DNA of 64,000 bases from a virus. Location of the stretch: IMG/VR virus record IMGVR_UViG_3300010883_000017, positions 1-64,000 of that record; one strand, written 5' to 3'. The notes beneath the pieces are model-generated. The model saw only the letters and a list, made by a program, of their open reading frames with translations. It had not been told where the DNA came from and searched no databases. This document shows positions 47,694 to 58,630 of this stretch, in pieces (position 1 is the stretch's first letter; the number at the start of each line of letters is the position of its first letter). Both the position numbers and the translations under genes were made by a program.

Positions 47694-48838
47694 CTTTGAT
47701 TGATGTGCCCAAGTTATACGTGCCTCCAGCGCTCTGTGAGTTTTCAGACAAGCAGCGCCTGGACAAGCGCCTCAGGGAGGTTGATGAGAACACTTTAGTT
47801 CGCCCTCCGATATCTCCCGACGAAATCACGCTTGATGCTGATGGGCGTACTATTGCGGGCGGGTACCGGTACACTGTCAATGCTTTTGATACTGTGGCGC
47901 GAACTCTGGCGCCTGGGCTTTCCACGCTGGTTCCCAATCTAGCAGGTGAGAATCAGCGGTCTCGGCGCAAGGAAGAGCAGAAGTCTTTTTCAGAAGCGCT
48001 ATCCGTTTTTAATGCTGTAGCGGTGGCGCGGTTTGATGCGGAGATTTCCCAGTGCCAGTTCGTTTTCAATGAAGGAGAGAAGCTTATCGAGGGGGTCCTG
48101 GGCCCAAAGACAAAGTATCTTGATAACTCTCTCTTTTTTCAGTTAATAGATGAAACGCTGGTAGCAACGTTCGGGGACGAGGTTGAATTTTATTGCGCGC
48201 ACGTAGCGGGGCGCAGGTTGCTACTACGTTATTGTAGATCTGCTGCCTTGTGTACGCTTGGCCCAGAGAATGATCAAACACATTTCATTCATAGGGGTTA
48301 TCATTTTAGTAATTCAGAGAGTGGTGACGCCAGCGTGCGCGCGGCTCCGTTGTATGTAAACCCAGAGAGCGGGCATGCTTGCCTGGGGCGTTTTGCTAAG
48401 GCTAAGACGCGTATGATTCACGCAGGAAGGGAATTTCGAGCACGGCTTAACAGCTTGTTATCTGCCGCCATCACCAATGACGGGGATGACACAGTTTTTG
48501 TTAATAAACTGCGCGAGTTGCAAGGCTATTCGTTAGAATTGCCTTCTCCTGCGCATGAGTCGTTTGATGATTGTTTGGTGCAATTGGTTGGCGTTGTTTC
48601 CAAGTATGGAACAATAACAAATAGTCTTGCGCAAAAAATAGTAGAGCACGCGGTATACACAGGAGCGTTCCCGACGGGGGATTCCCAGTACCGTGCGCTT
48701 CGAGATTCACAGGTAACAAAGAGAACTGAGTATGACGTTTACTGTGCGGTGACCGCTGAAGCAAAAAAGCTACCAATTCGTCAAAGGGAATCGGTGGAAC
48801 AAGCTGCATTTGATTATTTATTTGATGACAATCGTTAA
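47690..48838 (+). CDS. DUF932-like protein
   Basis: Y.DN..F, G..FSNSESG.ASV pattern. Confidence 0.5.
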   Translation: MTLIDVPKLYVPPALCEFSDKQRLDKRLREVDENTLVRPPISPDEITLDADGRTIAGGYRYTVNAFDTVARTLAPGLSTLVPNLAGENQRSRRKEEQKSFSEALSVFNAVAVARFDAEISQCQFVFNEGEKLIEGVLGPKTKYLDNSLFFQLIDETLVATFGDEVEFYCAHVAGRRLLLRYCRSAALCTLGPENDQTHFIHRGYHFSNSESGDASVRAAPLYVNPESGHACLGRFAKAKTRMIHAGREFRARLNSLLSAAITNDGDDTVFVNKLRELQGYSLELPSPAHESFDDCLVQLVGVVSKYGTITNSLAQKIVEHAVYTGAFPTGDSQYRALRDSQVTKRTEYDVYCAVTAEAKKLPIRQRESVEQAAFDYLFDDNR

Positions 48839-48848
48839 GGAGAGATGC

Positions 48849-49760
48849 ATGTCTACAGCACTATCAGACCCGAAGAGGGCCAAGGAAGCCAAAAAAGCAC
48901 TTATTACTCGTAATAAAATTGTGTCGGATATGAATTCGGCATTGAACGATAAATACTGTGAGATGACTGCTCGTCTAGATGCAGTGATGGCTAGCGGTTT
49001 ACGTTTTTATCATTGGTTGGGAGGCGAGGTTAATGACGTAGTTAAGAACGTCGGTAATGTGTACGGGGCGGGCGCTATGAAAAAGATTGCGGAGGCCTGG
49101 ACAATGCATCCCAGCATGTTATACAAGTCTAAGGCTTTTAATGACGCTTACTCTGAAGAAGCGCTTGAACGTTTGTGTAATCTTAAGACCGAAGCTGGGA
49201 CCTTGATTGGCTGGGCGCATGTCATTCAGCTCATCGGTATTCCTGAGAAGGCACGACCGCGGATACAGGATAAGGTTATCGATGAGGCTATGACTGCTAA
49301 GGAGCTAGCCGCGCTTGTTAAAAAGCTCTACGGGCAGCGGGCATCTGGCGGCAGGCCACTCATGCGACCTAAAACTGTAAAGGCCGGCTTAGTGCAGTTG
49401 CGTACTGTATCGGCACAGTGGTTAAATCGTAACTCGGATATATGGAACAACCAGGACCACTCCTTATTTCAAGAATTGGAGGAAATGCCACCGGAAGAGC
49501 TCACACACGAGCTAGTTGATGAGTTGGAGCAGATTGCAGCGGGGCAAAGTTCTATGTCTAGCGCATGTGCTAGCAACGCAGAATCTGCAGCGCGCTTGAT
49601 GGATCAAGTTAAATCTGTGCTCCGAGAGCGAGATCAGGCGATTGCCGCGGTCATTAGGGAAGAACGGAGTCCATCCGAAGCTGCTGCACCTCCTGCCACG
49701 GGAACAAGCCCTCGCGCCACCGGGCGCGGCATGGCGAGCGGGAAGGCACCGCGTAGATGA
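48849..49760 (+). CDS. hypothetical helical DNA-binding-like protein
   Basis: AAGGAG RBS; YG.GAMKKIA, W.HVI.L, GGRP. Confidence 0.55.
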   Translation: MSTALSDPKRAKEAKKALITRNKIVSDMNSALNDKYCEMTARLDAVMASGLRFYHWLGGEVNDVVKNVGNVYGAGAMKKIAEAWTMHPSMLYKSKAFNDAYSEEALERLCNLKTEAGTLIGWAHVIQLIGIPEKARPRIQDKVIDEAMTAKELAALVKKLYGQRASGGRPLMRPKTVKAGLVQLRTVSAQWLNRNSDIWNNQDHSLFQELEEMPPEELTHELVDELEQIAAGQSSMSSACASNAESAARLMDQVKSVLRERDQAIAAVIREERSPSEAAAPPATGTSPRATGRGMASGKAPRR

Positions 49761-49800
49761 TTTTTTGTTTTTGTTTCACGTTTAAAAGGGAAGAAGGAAT

Positions 49801-50201
49801 ATGACTAATAGCATTACAAGTTGCCAAGCGAATGCACTGTTGGCTTTGCAGCGTGATCTTATGGGGTCGGGTCTTACAGTGACCGTAGGCGAGTGTGAGA
49901 CCTCTTGCACAACCCCTGCGGCCGCTACAAGGGTCGGCACTCGTACTAGGAAGGCGGCTACGCGGGCTACTACGGCGGACACGACGCCAAGAAGCGTCGC
50001 GGACGACCGCCGAAGGACGCAACTACGACCACGCCTACCGCGTCCGGGGCGCGGAAGATGAGTAGCGCGGGCCGTCAGGCAATTGCCGAGTCGTCTGGAG
50101 CGTATCACGCTCGCATTAAAGAGCTGCGCGATGCCGAGCACCTTACGCTGAAACAGGCCCGGGCGCGGTACCAGGAATTGAAAGAGGACGGCACTCTCTA
50201 G
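49801..50201 (+). pseudogene. AT-hook / histone-like protein split by a -1 frameshift near 49985-49990
   Basis: Frame 1 from ATG 49801; the -1 frame from 49983 reads DAKKRRGRPPKDATTTTPTASGARKMSSAGRQAIAE...ELKEDGTL* with no start codon before the AT-hook. Confidence 0.55.
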
Positions 50202-50286
50202 CGTTTTGTGTTCAAGGTTGAGGCGTATACGGCTGCCGGGGCGAATGGAGTCGCCCCTGGTGGTCGTTTTATTTTTGGGGCGTCCT

Positions 50287-51099
50287 ATGGAATATACAGT
50301 TTTTGCGCTTTTCTACGGTGATTACCCTGAGCTAGCTTCCCGGTGCTTGAATTCTTTGAAACTGCTTCCGCACGGCTGTGCCGAGCTGCGCGTTGGACTT
50401 AACGCGGTGCCGGAGAGCAGCGAAACGCAGCGCATTGTTCGCGCTATGGTAGATGAGCGGCACCTTGTGGAGAGCAACATCTACGAGTCTTCAGAAAATA
50501 TTCATAAGTACCCACTGATGCGCCGTATGTTTCACGACCCGGATAACCCGGTTGATACACCATACATTATGTGGTTTGACGACGACTCGTTTCTACGAAC
50601 AGATGAATGCAGTAATTTTGAAGCGTGGTCTACGGAGTTGGCGGGATACTTGTGTGACTTTGCAATGCTTGGCGCTGTTTATAAGCTGGGGCTTGCGGGG
50701 AAGCAGAAGGAGTACGTTGAAGATCAATCGTGGTACAATGGTAAGCCAGTTGGGAAGAACTTTACGTTCATAACTGGTGGTTGGTGGTGCCTTCGCGCGG
50801 AGGTTGTGTCTGCGTTTGATTGGCCGCCCCCTGATTTAGATCATCGCGGGGGAGATGCATTGCTAGGGGAGTTACTGCGTCAGCATGACTACTCGATAAA
50901 GCACTTTACTCGGCATGTAGCAATTAATGCCGACGAGGACGGGCGCCAGTGCAAGGCCAAACGCCGGGGTTACGATTCTCGGCCTATAGGGCACGATTAC
51001 GAGCCCGGGGTTACTAAGCAGATCTCTGCGGTAATGCCGCGCCTGGCTAGGACAGAATTACCTTATGAAAAATTGATGGAGGAACTTGATAATGAGTGA
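50287..51099 (+). CDS. glycosyltransferase (GT-A-like)
   Basis: YIMWFDDDS (DxD), FITGGWW, HRGGD.LLG. Confidence 0.65.
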   Translation: MEYTVFALFYGDYPELASRCLNSLKLLPHGCAELRVGLNAVPESSETQRIVRAMVDERHLVESNIYESSENIHKYPLMRRMFHDPDNPVDTPYIMWFDDDSFLRTDECSNFEAWSTELAGYLCDFAMLGAVYKLGLAGKQKEYVEDQSWYNGKPVGKNFTFITGGWWCLRAEVVSAFDWPPPDLDHRGGDALLGELLRQHDYSIKHFTRHVAINADEDGRQCKAKRRGYDSRPIGHDYEPGVTKQISAVMPRLARTELPYEKLMEELDNE

Positions 51100-51442
51100 T
51101 GGCGAAGAAAGAAAGGCGCGACTAGAAGAGATTCTAGACGGGCTTGAAGCAACTATGGATCGTGTACGTGGTGAGATGGCTGAGTTTAAGACTATTCGAC
51201 AGGTGGCGCGGGGCGACGGTGATAGTCTTGAGAATGCCAGGTTTTACGTCGACATTGGCGCCGGAGCGGTGGAGATTCCAGCACCAGCATCCCTTTCTGA
51301 AGAAGCGTTGTCGGGATTGATGGATCAACAGGGAAGCAAGGTTGCTGCTACATGGACTGAGGAGATCAAGCCCCTCGTTGACGAGGCGGTGGGCATTTGT
51401 CAGCAGGCCTCTGATAGGGGCCAGGAGGGGGACGAAGGATGA
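51086..51442 (+). CDS. hypothetical protein
   Basis: GGAGG RBS, coupled ORF. Confidence 0.55.
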   Translation: MIMSDGEERKARLEEILDGLEATMDRVRGEMAEFKTIRQVARGDGDSLENARFYVDIGAGAVEIPAPASLSEEALSGLMDQQGSKVAATWTEEIKPLVDEAVGICQQASDRGQEGDEG

Positions 51443-52014
51443 GCATTGAGCTAGTGGAGGGGGTTGAAGTTGAATTAACCAAGCACTGCGCAGGAGTTGT
51501 GGGTGTTGATAGTGGGCAGGCGATGATCTGCGACCCGACTAATATCGGGCAATGGAAGGGCAATGATCTTGACCCTAGTTTTATAGAGCGGAAATTAGAG
51601 GATACAGTGAGTGGTATCATCTATACGTGGCCGACAGACTTCAAGAGCTATGAGTGGTGTTTTGATGAGTTTGCAGAGGTCGTCTTTGTTTCTAAGGACG
51701 AGGTAGATCCATCCTGCGACAAACCTACTGTAAATGAGCTTGTCGAGTCTGGTAGGTTCGAACATGTTGTTAGCGATAACAAAAAGCCTAACGGTGAGTT
51801 CTCGTACGACGGCTGTTGCCGCGCTACTCTTGCAGAGAGTTTTGGCCAGTTGAAGTACGAGAGGGGGCACGACGGCGCAGGTGTTGTATTCAACACAGGC
51901 TGCGGCGATGGCGTGTACCCTGTTTACGTGTATACAGCGGATGTTCCTGGTTGGGGTAACCGCGTTGTTAAGGTTGAGATTTGTTTCTTTGAAGAGGAGG
52001 ACGTGGATGAGTGA
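51439..52014 (+). CDS. DUF4241-like protein
   Basis: GVVGVDSGQ..ICDP ... TG.GDGVYPVY. Confidence 0.65.
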   Translation: MSIELVEGVEVELTKHCAGVVGVDSGQAMICDPTNIGQWKGNDLDPSFIERKLEDTVSGIIYTWPTDFKSYEWCFDEFAEVVFVSKDEVDPSCDKPTVNELVESGRFEHVVSDNKKPNGEFSYDGCCRATLAESFGQLKYERGHDGAGVVFNTGCGDGVYPVYVYTADVPGWGNRVVKVEICFFEEEDVDE

Positions 52015-52131
52015 TGCTGAAGTAGTAGCTGAAGACCAAGACTTGGTAGATCATTTGGACCCGAGCCACCCTTTCGAGTTGGATATTGGTGTTGCCGGGG
52101 CCCTTCCGCGGGTATTGCTAAGGAGGTCGGC

Positions 52132-52578
52132 GTGCCTTTAAGTAATACGTCTGGCTGTCCGCATTTGGACGGATTCCGCGCAGATATTGTGGAAGTAGAT
52201 GAAAAAGTTGGGGTAGATCTACTGCTGTACCAAAACGGGGAAGAATCTAGTAGATGGCGCCTAGCGGAATTCGACACCGTCGAGTACGCTGCGGCCCGCC
52301 GATTCTGGCAGCTCCTGGCGGCAGTAGCCAGGTTTGTAACGTTGGGCGGGGATACAGATACTATATATGCTGTTTGGGATAACTGGCCTGACGTTGCCGT
52401 ATCTCCTGTGCTTCCGCTTCTTTCGGTGGAGTCGGAAGAGTCTTACGTGCATACGTACCAGCTTCCGGACGGCAAATTTTTGCGAGTATACGAGGATGAA
52501 ACTTATGAGGAATTAGATAGAATGGATTTTCACGATTTGCTTGAAGACCTGGTTGCTGATGAACCAGGCGCTGAATAG
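52132..52578 (+). CDS. hypothetical protein
   Basis: AGGAGG RBS before GTG. Confidence 0.5.
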   Translation: MPLSNTSGCPHLDGFRADIVEVDEKVGVDLLLYQNGEESSRWRLAEFDTVEYAAARRFWQLLAAVARFVTLGGDTDTIYAVWDNWPDVAVSPVLPLLSVESEESYVHTYQLPDGKFLRVYEDETYEELDRMDFHDLLEDLVADEPGAE

Positions 52579-52593
52579 TGTGGCAAGGAAGTT

Positions 52594-53454
52594 ATGTCAA
52601 ATTTACAAGTCTATAATTTGCAAAGTACATTTCGGCTTCGCAATCGCTTAATTCAGGATACTTGTTCTCCGTATTACTGCTGCACACCTGAGGGAGACGA
52701 TTTCCAGGCATTCGCTGAGGATGTTTGGCGGGCACTTCCTGCTGGTACAAACCTGAGTGCGGTCTTTGAGTCTCTTCGTGGAGCTGCCGGCCGCGAGCTG
52801 GCGTTACCGCTCGTTGAAGAGATCATGTGGCGGCTGGCGGGTAACTTGGATTTATTAAAGGCTGGGCGTGCCGTGTGTCCGTGGACAGCGCAGCGGACGG
52901 AAGAGTGGATGCCCGTGCAGGCGGTGCGCGCTGTTCCCCGCTTGAATCGTAAGAAGCAGCCTGGTTATCTGTTCACGTTTAGGGTGTTAGCTGGTACTGC
53001 TTGTCCTTTGCTCATTCATAAGCATTGGACGCGACCTGCGTGCGCGGTTGCGGCTAAGCATGTAGGCCATACTAGACGGAATGGTAAGTACCCGTACAAG
53101 CATCCGCAGCAACTAGTTGGGTTGCGGATGTATTGCCTAGTTACGCCGAAGCTTAGTCAGCAGGGGCATCCTGGTTTTTTTAAGACGGAGTGCCCCCCTT
53201 CTTGTGTTCGGTATAATCGCGAGATCCTGACCACCCGGCTGGGCGAGCGGCCTAGTTCTTGCCCGCGAGGGTATACTCATGAGTGCCATAAATGTACCGT
53301 CGGGTATATTGATTGTATTGGCGGTACGCATAGAGAGAATTACGTTAAATCGTTTTGTAGCCACTGTGGGCAGTTATCTGTCTTTGATCCGGAGAATGTG
53401 TCGGATAAGTGCGTACCCTGTGCGGAACATATACAATTAAGGGGGGATTCTTGA
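52594..53454 (+). CDS. hypothetical protein with C-terminal Cys-rich Zn-binding region
   Basis: CP.....ECHKC.....C, CSHC, CVPC. Confidence 0.6.
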   Translation: MSNLQVYNLQSTFRLRNRLIQDTCSPYYCCTPEGDDFQAFAEDVWRALPAGTNLSAVFESLRGAAGRELALPLVEEIMWRLAGNLDLLKAGRAVCPWTAQRTEEWMPVQAVRAVPRLNRKKQPGYLFTFRVLAGTACPLLIHKHWTRPACAVAAKHVGHTRRNGKYPYKHPQQLVGLRMYCLVTPKLSQQGHPGFFKTECPPSCVRYNREILTTRLGERPSSCPRGYTHECHKCTVGYIDCIGGTHRENYVKSFCSHCGQLSVFDPENVSDKCVPCAEHIQLRGDS

Positions 53455-53636
53455 TGGGCAGTCCACCGAAACCTCGGCAGTTGTTTTTACATTTTGGCGA
53501 CAGTACGGAGTGTTGTGGGGGCGGGTGTGAAAAGGAAGAAGAGGCGCAGAAGGCCCCCGATCAAACGCAAGTTAAGCAATCGTATGCGAAAGCTTGCGAG
53601 GAGTTACTAGAAGAGGATGAATAGAAGGAGCTCTAC

Positions 53637-54116
53637 GTGAATAATCCCCATGAACACCTACTGCAGTACTCGCAACGTGATGGAGACAGTAGAAAGTATT
53701 CCCCTAATCGGGATATTGCATATGTCTTTCCACAGCTTATTAAAGAAGCCATCCGCGGCCTAGATGATGAGACCCTTTGGCAGGGCGGGATCAAGGATTA
53801 CCTGAAATTCCGCAATATTACTGTTGAAGATATCGGTAAGGCGGAGGAGACGTTTGCACAGGGTATCGTACTCTTTACTAAGTACGGATGCGGTTCTCCC
53901 AAAGAGGCGCTTGGGCAGGCGGGCTTCTTCGATGTGCCTGAAGCAGCCCAGGATGCTATCATGATGCGCATTGGGCAGGTGATGGCGGGGGCTTTCTTTG
54001 TCGCTATCCGCGACGTTACGCCGATGGGTGCGCAGCCACCTGTCATGCGGGATATTGAGTCCACGGTACGCTCGGCCGGGGTGTTTGCGCGGGAGTTATT
54101 GAAGAAGAAGAGTTAG
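53637..54116 (+). CDS. hypothetical protein
   Basis: AAGGAG RBS. Confidence 0.6.
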   Translation: MNNPHEHLLQYSQRDGDSRKYSPNRDIAYVFPQLIKEAIRGLDDETLWQGGIKDYLKFRNITVEDIGKAEETFAQGIVLFTKYGCGSPKEALGQAGFFDVPEAAQDAIMMRIGQVMAGAFFVAIRDVTPMGAQPPVMRDIESTVRSAGVFARELLKKKS

Positions 54117-54148
54117 GTTACGTTAGTTTCCCATGGAAGGGGCGGCAT

Positions 54149-54982
54149 ATGACACCAGGACAATGGCTTGTAGAACTACAATCTCGTTTAGGCTATAGCA
54201 TTTTTCCTGATGATTATATCGTTGTAGATGTAGAAACTACCGGACGTGTTTTTTACGGCGCCAACGGAAGTTACACGCCTGGCAATCATGGCTACCATGA
54301 CTTAATTACTCAGATGGGGCACTGCATTGTCCGTGGTGGTGAGGTGAAGCATAGTGCCGGCGTAGTTTTGGATTGGTCCCGAGAAGATGCACGCGAGCTA
54401 CACGAGTTTGAGGCAATGCATGATCCGCGCTGGCTTGCGGATCAGTTGGATTTTCTGGAGCGGGTGTTTGCGGAGAAAGGGCGCACTTACCAGGTACCGC
54501 TTTCAAAGATGAAAGATGAAGGCGAACCCCCGGTAAAGATTTTACAAGGGTATTACGACCTCTTCATTGAGTCACGAGAAAAGGGGTTAAAGTTTGTTGG
54601 GCATAATGCGTGGGGATTTGATGCGAAGATGATCATGTATCATTTTCGGCATTATTTGGGTAAGAGCTTTAAGTGGAAGGCGGATGAGATTATAGATACG
54701 GGCATGATTGAGAAGGCTATTCAAGATGCCGACAATGAAAATATTAGCCTTCCGTGGCCTACAGAAAATTTGAAGACCTGGTCTCGGCGGATTGCTAATA
54801 GTCCTCGCGCGGGCATTCGTTGGAATTTAGATCAACATGTGGTAAACAAATACAACTTGGTGGAGCGCTTCGACCTGAACATGGAGGAGGCGCATGATGC
54901 CGGGTTTGATTGCTACCTCACTCATTTGCTTTTACGCACGTTTAAAGCTGTATACGAGGCTGAGGTTGGTCTTGAGCAGTAG
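54149..54982 (+). CDS. DEDDh 3'-5' exonuclease (DnaQ-like)
   Basis: VVDVETTG, VGHNA.GFD, IIDT, AHDA..D. Confidence 0.85.
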   Translation: MTPGQWLVELQSRLGYSIFPDDYIVVDVETTGRVFYGANGSYTPGNHGYHDLITQMGHCIVRGGEVKHSAGVVLDWSREDARELHEFEAMHDPRWLADQLDFLERVFAEKGRTYQVPLSKMKDEGEPPVKILQGYYDLFIESREKGLKFVGHNAWGFDAKMIMYHFRHYLGKSFKWKADEIIDTGMIEKAIQDADNENISLPWPTENLKTWSRRIANSPRAGIRWNLDQHVVNKYNLVERFDLNMEEAHDAGFDCYLTHLLLRTFKAVYEAEVGLEQ

Positions 54983-55365
54983 GTGGTTATTCACGTTAAA
55001 GATGTAAAACGACCATGATCCGCAATCGAGGCAATACGAAGGTGAAGAAGGTATCCGGAAGTCCCTTGACACGGTGGAGCAAGGCAAACGAAGTTGTTGC
55101 AGCTGCATTGCGCTCGGTGAAAATAGGTACGGACGCGGGCGAACGACCGCTCCCGCCCGATGTAGCTAGGCGTATTCTAAATGACGTGAAGAACGGGACC
55201 GTTCCGATAGCCATTGCGGATTTGTGTACACTGTCATGTGCATTGGAAGCGCATGGAGTTAGTACGTCAGATGTAGACGCGATTTATCAAGCAGCGAGTG
55301 GCGCGTGGCAAATGCGAATACTGGCGGCAGCAGCGGGTAAAGGAAATTGATTAAAGAAGGGAAAT

Positions 55366-55806
55366 ATGGGAACTAGTATTGTTATTGGAATAGACCCGGG
55401 ACGATCTGGCGGGCTTGCGTGTATTGGTCCTGGCGATCAAGACGTGCAGACGTACAAGCTTGATAACACGGACAGGGACGTTTACGAGAAGTTGAAAGAG
55501 TTTGTTGAGGTAGCGGATTTCGCATTTCTCGAGAAGGTTCATTCGATGCCGAAGCAGGGCGTCGCGTCTACGTTTAAGTTTGGTCAATCATTTGGTTTCC
55601 TGCAGGGAATTCTTATTGCCTCCGGCGTTCCATTTGAACTGGTAACGCCGCAGAAGTGGCAGGGCTATCTGAGCTGCCGCACGCGAGGCGACAAAAATAT
55701 AACCAAATCACGCGCACAGGAATTGTTTCCGGATGTTAAATGCACCCATGCGATTTCTGATGCTTTACTGATAGCCGAGTATGGTCGGCGAGTACGGGGA
55801 GAATAA
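55366..55806 (+). CDS. ruvC: RuvC-like Holliday junction resolvase
   Basis: IGIDPG.SGG, FLEKV..MP.QGV.STF.FG, VTPQKW, DALLIA. Confidence 0.87.
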   Translation: MGTSIVIGIDPGRSGGLACIGPGDQDVQTYKLDNTDRDVYEKLKEFVEVADFAFLEKVHSMPKQGVASTFKFGQSFGFLQGILIASGVPFELVTPQKWQGYLSCRTRGDKNITKSRAQELFPDVKCTHAISDALLIAEYGRRVRGE

Positions 55807-55811
55807 GCACG

Positions 55812-56183
55812 ATGGCTGAAGAAAAAGGACAGATGGATGAAGAAAAAGTACAAGAGCTAACAGAGCACGCACGAAAACTGGTGGCTGACAGTAAGACTAT
55901 TCAAATTGCTACGGTCGTGATGCTTAATGCCTGGCGGTTGTATTATTGTTCAAGAGCAGTGCTGGACAATTACGTTGAGGAAGATGAGAACCTTACAACT
56001 GATGAAGAACGTGACGTTGTTAAGAATCTCATAGGCAATTCAATGAACACCGAGGCATTAAAGCCTTATAAGATTGATGAATTAGTAGCCTGCCTTAGCG
56101 GGATCTGCATACCCTTCTTGCTAGCGCAGGAAGGTAACATTAGTGAGGAACTTGAAGAAGAAGGTGATGAAGATGACAGTTAA
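55812..56183 (+). CDS. hypothetical protein
   Basis: Coupled ORF with acidic tail. Confidence 0.55.
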   Translation: MAEEKGQMDEEKVQELTEHARKLVADSKTIQIATVVMLNAWRLYYCSRAVLDNYVEEDENLTTDEERDVVKNLIGNSMNTEALKPYKIDELVACLSGICIPFLLAQEGNISEELEEEGDEDDS

Positions 56184-56853
56184 TTATTATGTTGGTTGGA
56201 CGGGGATGCCGTGGAAGACTGATTTGATGCCGGAGCCGACGGCCCCGAGTAACTACAAGGATCCTGAAAAGATTGCCGCAGCTGTAGCAGAGAAGCGCGC
56301 AAAGCAACAAGAGACTGCGGGCAGCGTTCCTATCTATGGAAAATTGGAGGCAGTCACTGTGCTTGATGAAGCTGGTGAGGTGCTGTTTGGGCATACCTCT
56401 GGTGACACGCTCGACGGCGTTGACGATGTGGCGGCCGCGACGGCCTTTGTCGATTTTCTGCTTGATACGTTTATCTTCCCGACCGAAGATGCGGATTACG
56501 AGCTTCGCGTTGCCAGCGAGCCCGCGCGGCTTATCGGGCTTGAAGTTAAGACGTCTTTGAAGATGGCTGCTATGGAGGTGTTCTCCCGCGAAGGACGTGC
56601 CGGCATTCCTATGCGTATGTGGTATCGCCGCACGTTCTGTGTGGACCCATTTGAGATGCTGCGCGCTGGTGTGCCGGATCTGACGCTGGACGCTGCCCTA
56701 TCGTTTGTTGGTAGTACGGCTACTCCAGCTGAGTACCAGCAGGGCGCGGTCTCGCAGTCGCATGCCACGGCGTGGGCAGCACGCGAGCTTGCAACGCGCA
56801 TTGGTATCGCGCAGGCCGTTGCAACGGCGCAAACAGAGGCGGCCTCTCTCTAA
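56173..56853 (+). CDS. hypothetical protein, possibly a degenerate PolB-type exonuclease fold
   Basis: APSNYKDPEKI motif seen in phage exonuclease-like proteins; catalytic DxE not evident. Confidence 0.4.
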   Translation: MTVNYYVGWTGMPWKTDLMPEPTAPSNYKDPEKIAAAVAEKRAKQQETAGSVPIYGKLEAVTVLDEAGEVLFGHTSGDTLDGVDDVAAATAFVDFLLDTFIFPTEDADYELRVASEPARLIGLEVKTSLKMAAMEVFSREGRAGIPMRMWYRRTFCVDPFEMLRAGVPDLTLDAALSFVGSTATPAEYQQGAVSQSHATAWAARELATRIGIAQAVATAQTEAASL

Positions 56854-56862
56854 GGAAGTAGT

Positions 56863-57522
56863 ATGAGTACAGAAGGACCCCGTGGTGACGATTCACTAAA
56901 ACCTGAGGGTTTTAGTGGGCATGACAAATACGAGAAAGGCTTGGCCCCGATAAGACCTCTCAAGCTAACGCCTGGGATGACACTGTCGACCCTTTCTGAA
57001 GAGTATGTTTTCTTTAACCACGGGGTCCTTTTTTCTTATGCCGCGCTACCTATCGATCCGGCTGAACAGTATGTAGAAGAGCATGGCTCGCTGATTCGGT
57101 TGGTGGTTTCTCCTAGTGTCTTGTTTGATGGTCTGTCTGGTGGAAATCCTTTATTTTTGGCGTGGGAGCACGCGCTTGTCTTAATCCCACGAGAAGATTG
57201 GGAGGGGTTTGCTAATGCAATTTTGCAGACAGCTATTGTGAATAAGGAAGCGAATTCTTTTTTCCGGCCGTACGTGCGTGAGCTCACCGTTCACGATTGG
57301 TTGCAAACGCCGATCGCGTCAAATAGCAGTCAAATTTCGGCTGCCTTGTTTGGGTTGGATGGGAATAAGGCGTTCATCGGGTTTGCGGAGGCCGGTGGTC
57401 GTATACGTGTGCGAGAGGGCGCTCCGCGCCCCGACACGGTTCAGTTTGGTAAGCAGCTTTTAGCCGGACAGAATCCTTACGATATGTCTGGAGATAATGG
57501 GAGAGATTACGATGAAGATTAA
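56863..57522 (+). CDS. hypothetical protein
   Basis: AAGGA RBS. Confidence 0.55.
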   Translation: MSTEGPRGDDSLKPEGFSGHDKYEKGLAPIRPLKLTPGMTLSTLSEEYVFFNHGVLFSYAALPIDPAEQYVEEHGSLIRLVVSPSVLFDGLSGGNPLFLAWEHALVLIPREDWEGFANAILQTAIVNKEANSFFRPYVRELTVHDWLQTPIASNSSQISAALFGLDGNKAFIGFAEAGGRIRVREGAPRPDTVQFGKQLLAGQNPYDMSGDNGRDYDED

Positions 57523-58076
57523 AATCAAGGTTCCGGCCGATTCGGAAGTAACGTTTGACGAGGTTTCTCGTGAGTTGACGGTCGAGCCCTTTTTCACAAA
57601 GAGTGAAGGGCGCGCTACGTGGGCGTGTGTTTCTGTTTGCGGCGATGGCGGCGCTGAACGACGTACGACACTTCAATGTAGTGGTAAATCTGGGCAGTTG
57701 TTTGTGCTGAGCGCAGCGGGTAAAAATACTACAACTGGTTTTGATAAGTTGGCAGACTATCAGGGCGTACAGAAGAAAAGCGGGATAGACGACGCGGACG
57801 ATGGTGAGGGGTCTATTCTGTGAAAACTTACACTAAGACATTTGTAGAAAGCCGCTATGAGAAGCGGAAGAAGGGCGCGGCTCCTGACGATTGGGAGCAC
57901 GTTAGTCATACTGAACCAGTAGACGAGCAAGTACGAACTTGGGTAGATGCTAGTAGTGCTAATATCATCACTGTGTCTGCTCCGGGGATTGAACATGTGT
58001 GGGCAAACAAGGAAATGACACTTAAGTGCATCCTGTTAGCTTACGTGGTCATTTATGTGCCGGGAAATAATAGCTC

Positions 58077-58466
58077 ATGATAGATGAAATGGACGGTGTG
58101 GAAGTTGCGGTGGACGAGCGTCCGCTTTACTACTTAGTGGTGTGTCCGGACACGGGGTCTCCAAGCGTAGAATTTTACGAAACACTAGACGGGCTAGCTA
58201 CTAAGTTGATTGAGCTCCAAGATACTGAAGTTACCGTGATGCCTTTCTGCGGGCGGCGTTTGTATGTGTCAGAAGGTGAGCTGCGGTATCTATTGGACGA
58301 TGGGCACGCAGATCCTATTCCTTTGTTTACAGTCCCGACGCCCAGCGACGGCGACTGGAAGGGGACGGTCCGGTTTGGCGCAGACACGCCCGATCCAGGA
58401 ATCGCACTAGGAACCCCCGCGGATATTGTTGAAGAAGAGTCCGAGGAAGAGGAAGAAGAGGACTAA
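58077..58466 (+). CDS. acidic hypothetical protein
   Basis: ATGA-coupled; last gene before the intergenic hairpins. Confidence 0.55.
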   Translation: MIDEMDGVEVAVDERPLYYLVVCPDTGSPSVEFYETLDGLATKLIELQDTEVTVMPFCGRRLYVSEGELRYLLDDGHADPIPLFTVPTPSDGDWKGTVRFGADTPDPGIALGTPADIVEEESEEEEEED

Positions 58467-58520
58467 CTTGCGCCCCTAAACAACGGGCGTAAATGCGTCA
58501 CTATTACATAGAAGAATAAT

Positions 58521-58556
58521 AGCCCACAGCTGCATATCGCAGTTGTGGGCTTTTTT
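58521..58556 (+). terminator. intrinsic terminator-like hairpin
   Basis: agcccacagctgc-atatc-gcagttgtgggct plus T-tract; a second GC hairpin at 58565-58600. Confidence 0.7.
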
Positions 58557-58630
58557 ATGTAAGTGGGGCGCGGGGCTGCCTGACGAGGCGGCCCCGCCCC
58601 TGTGTTTATTCATTTCACGGAGGAAACGAT

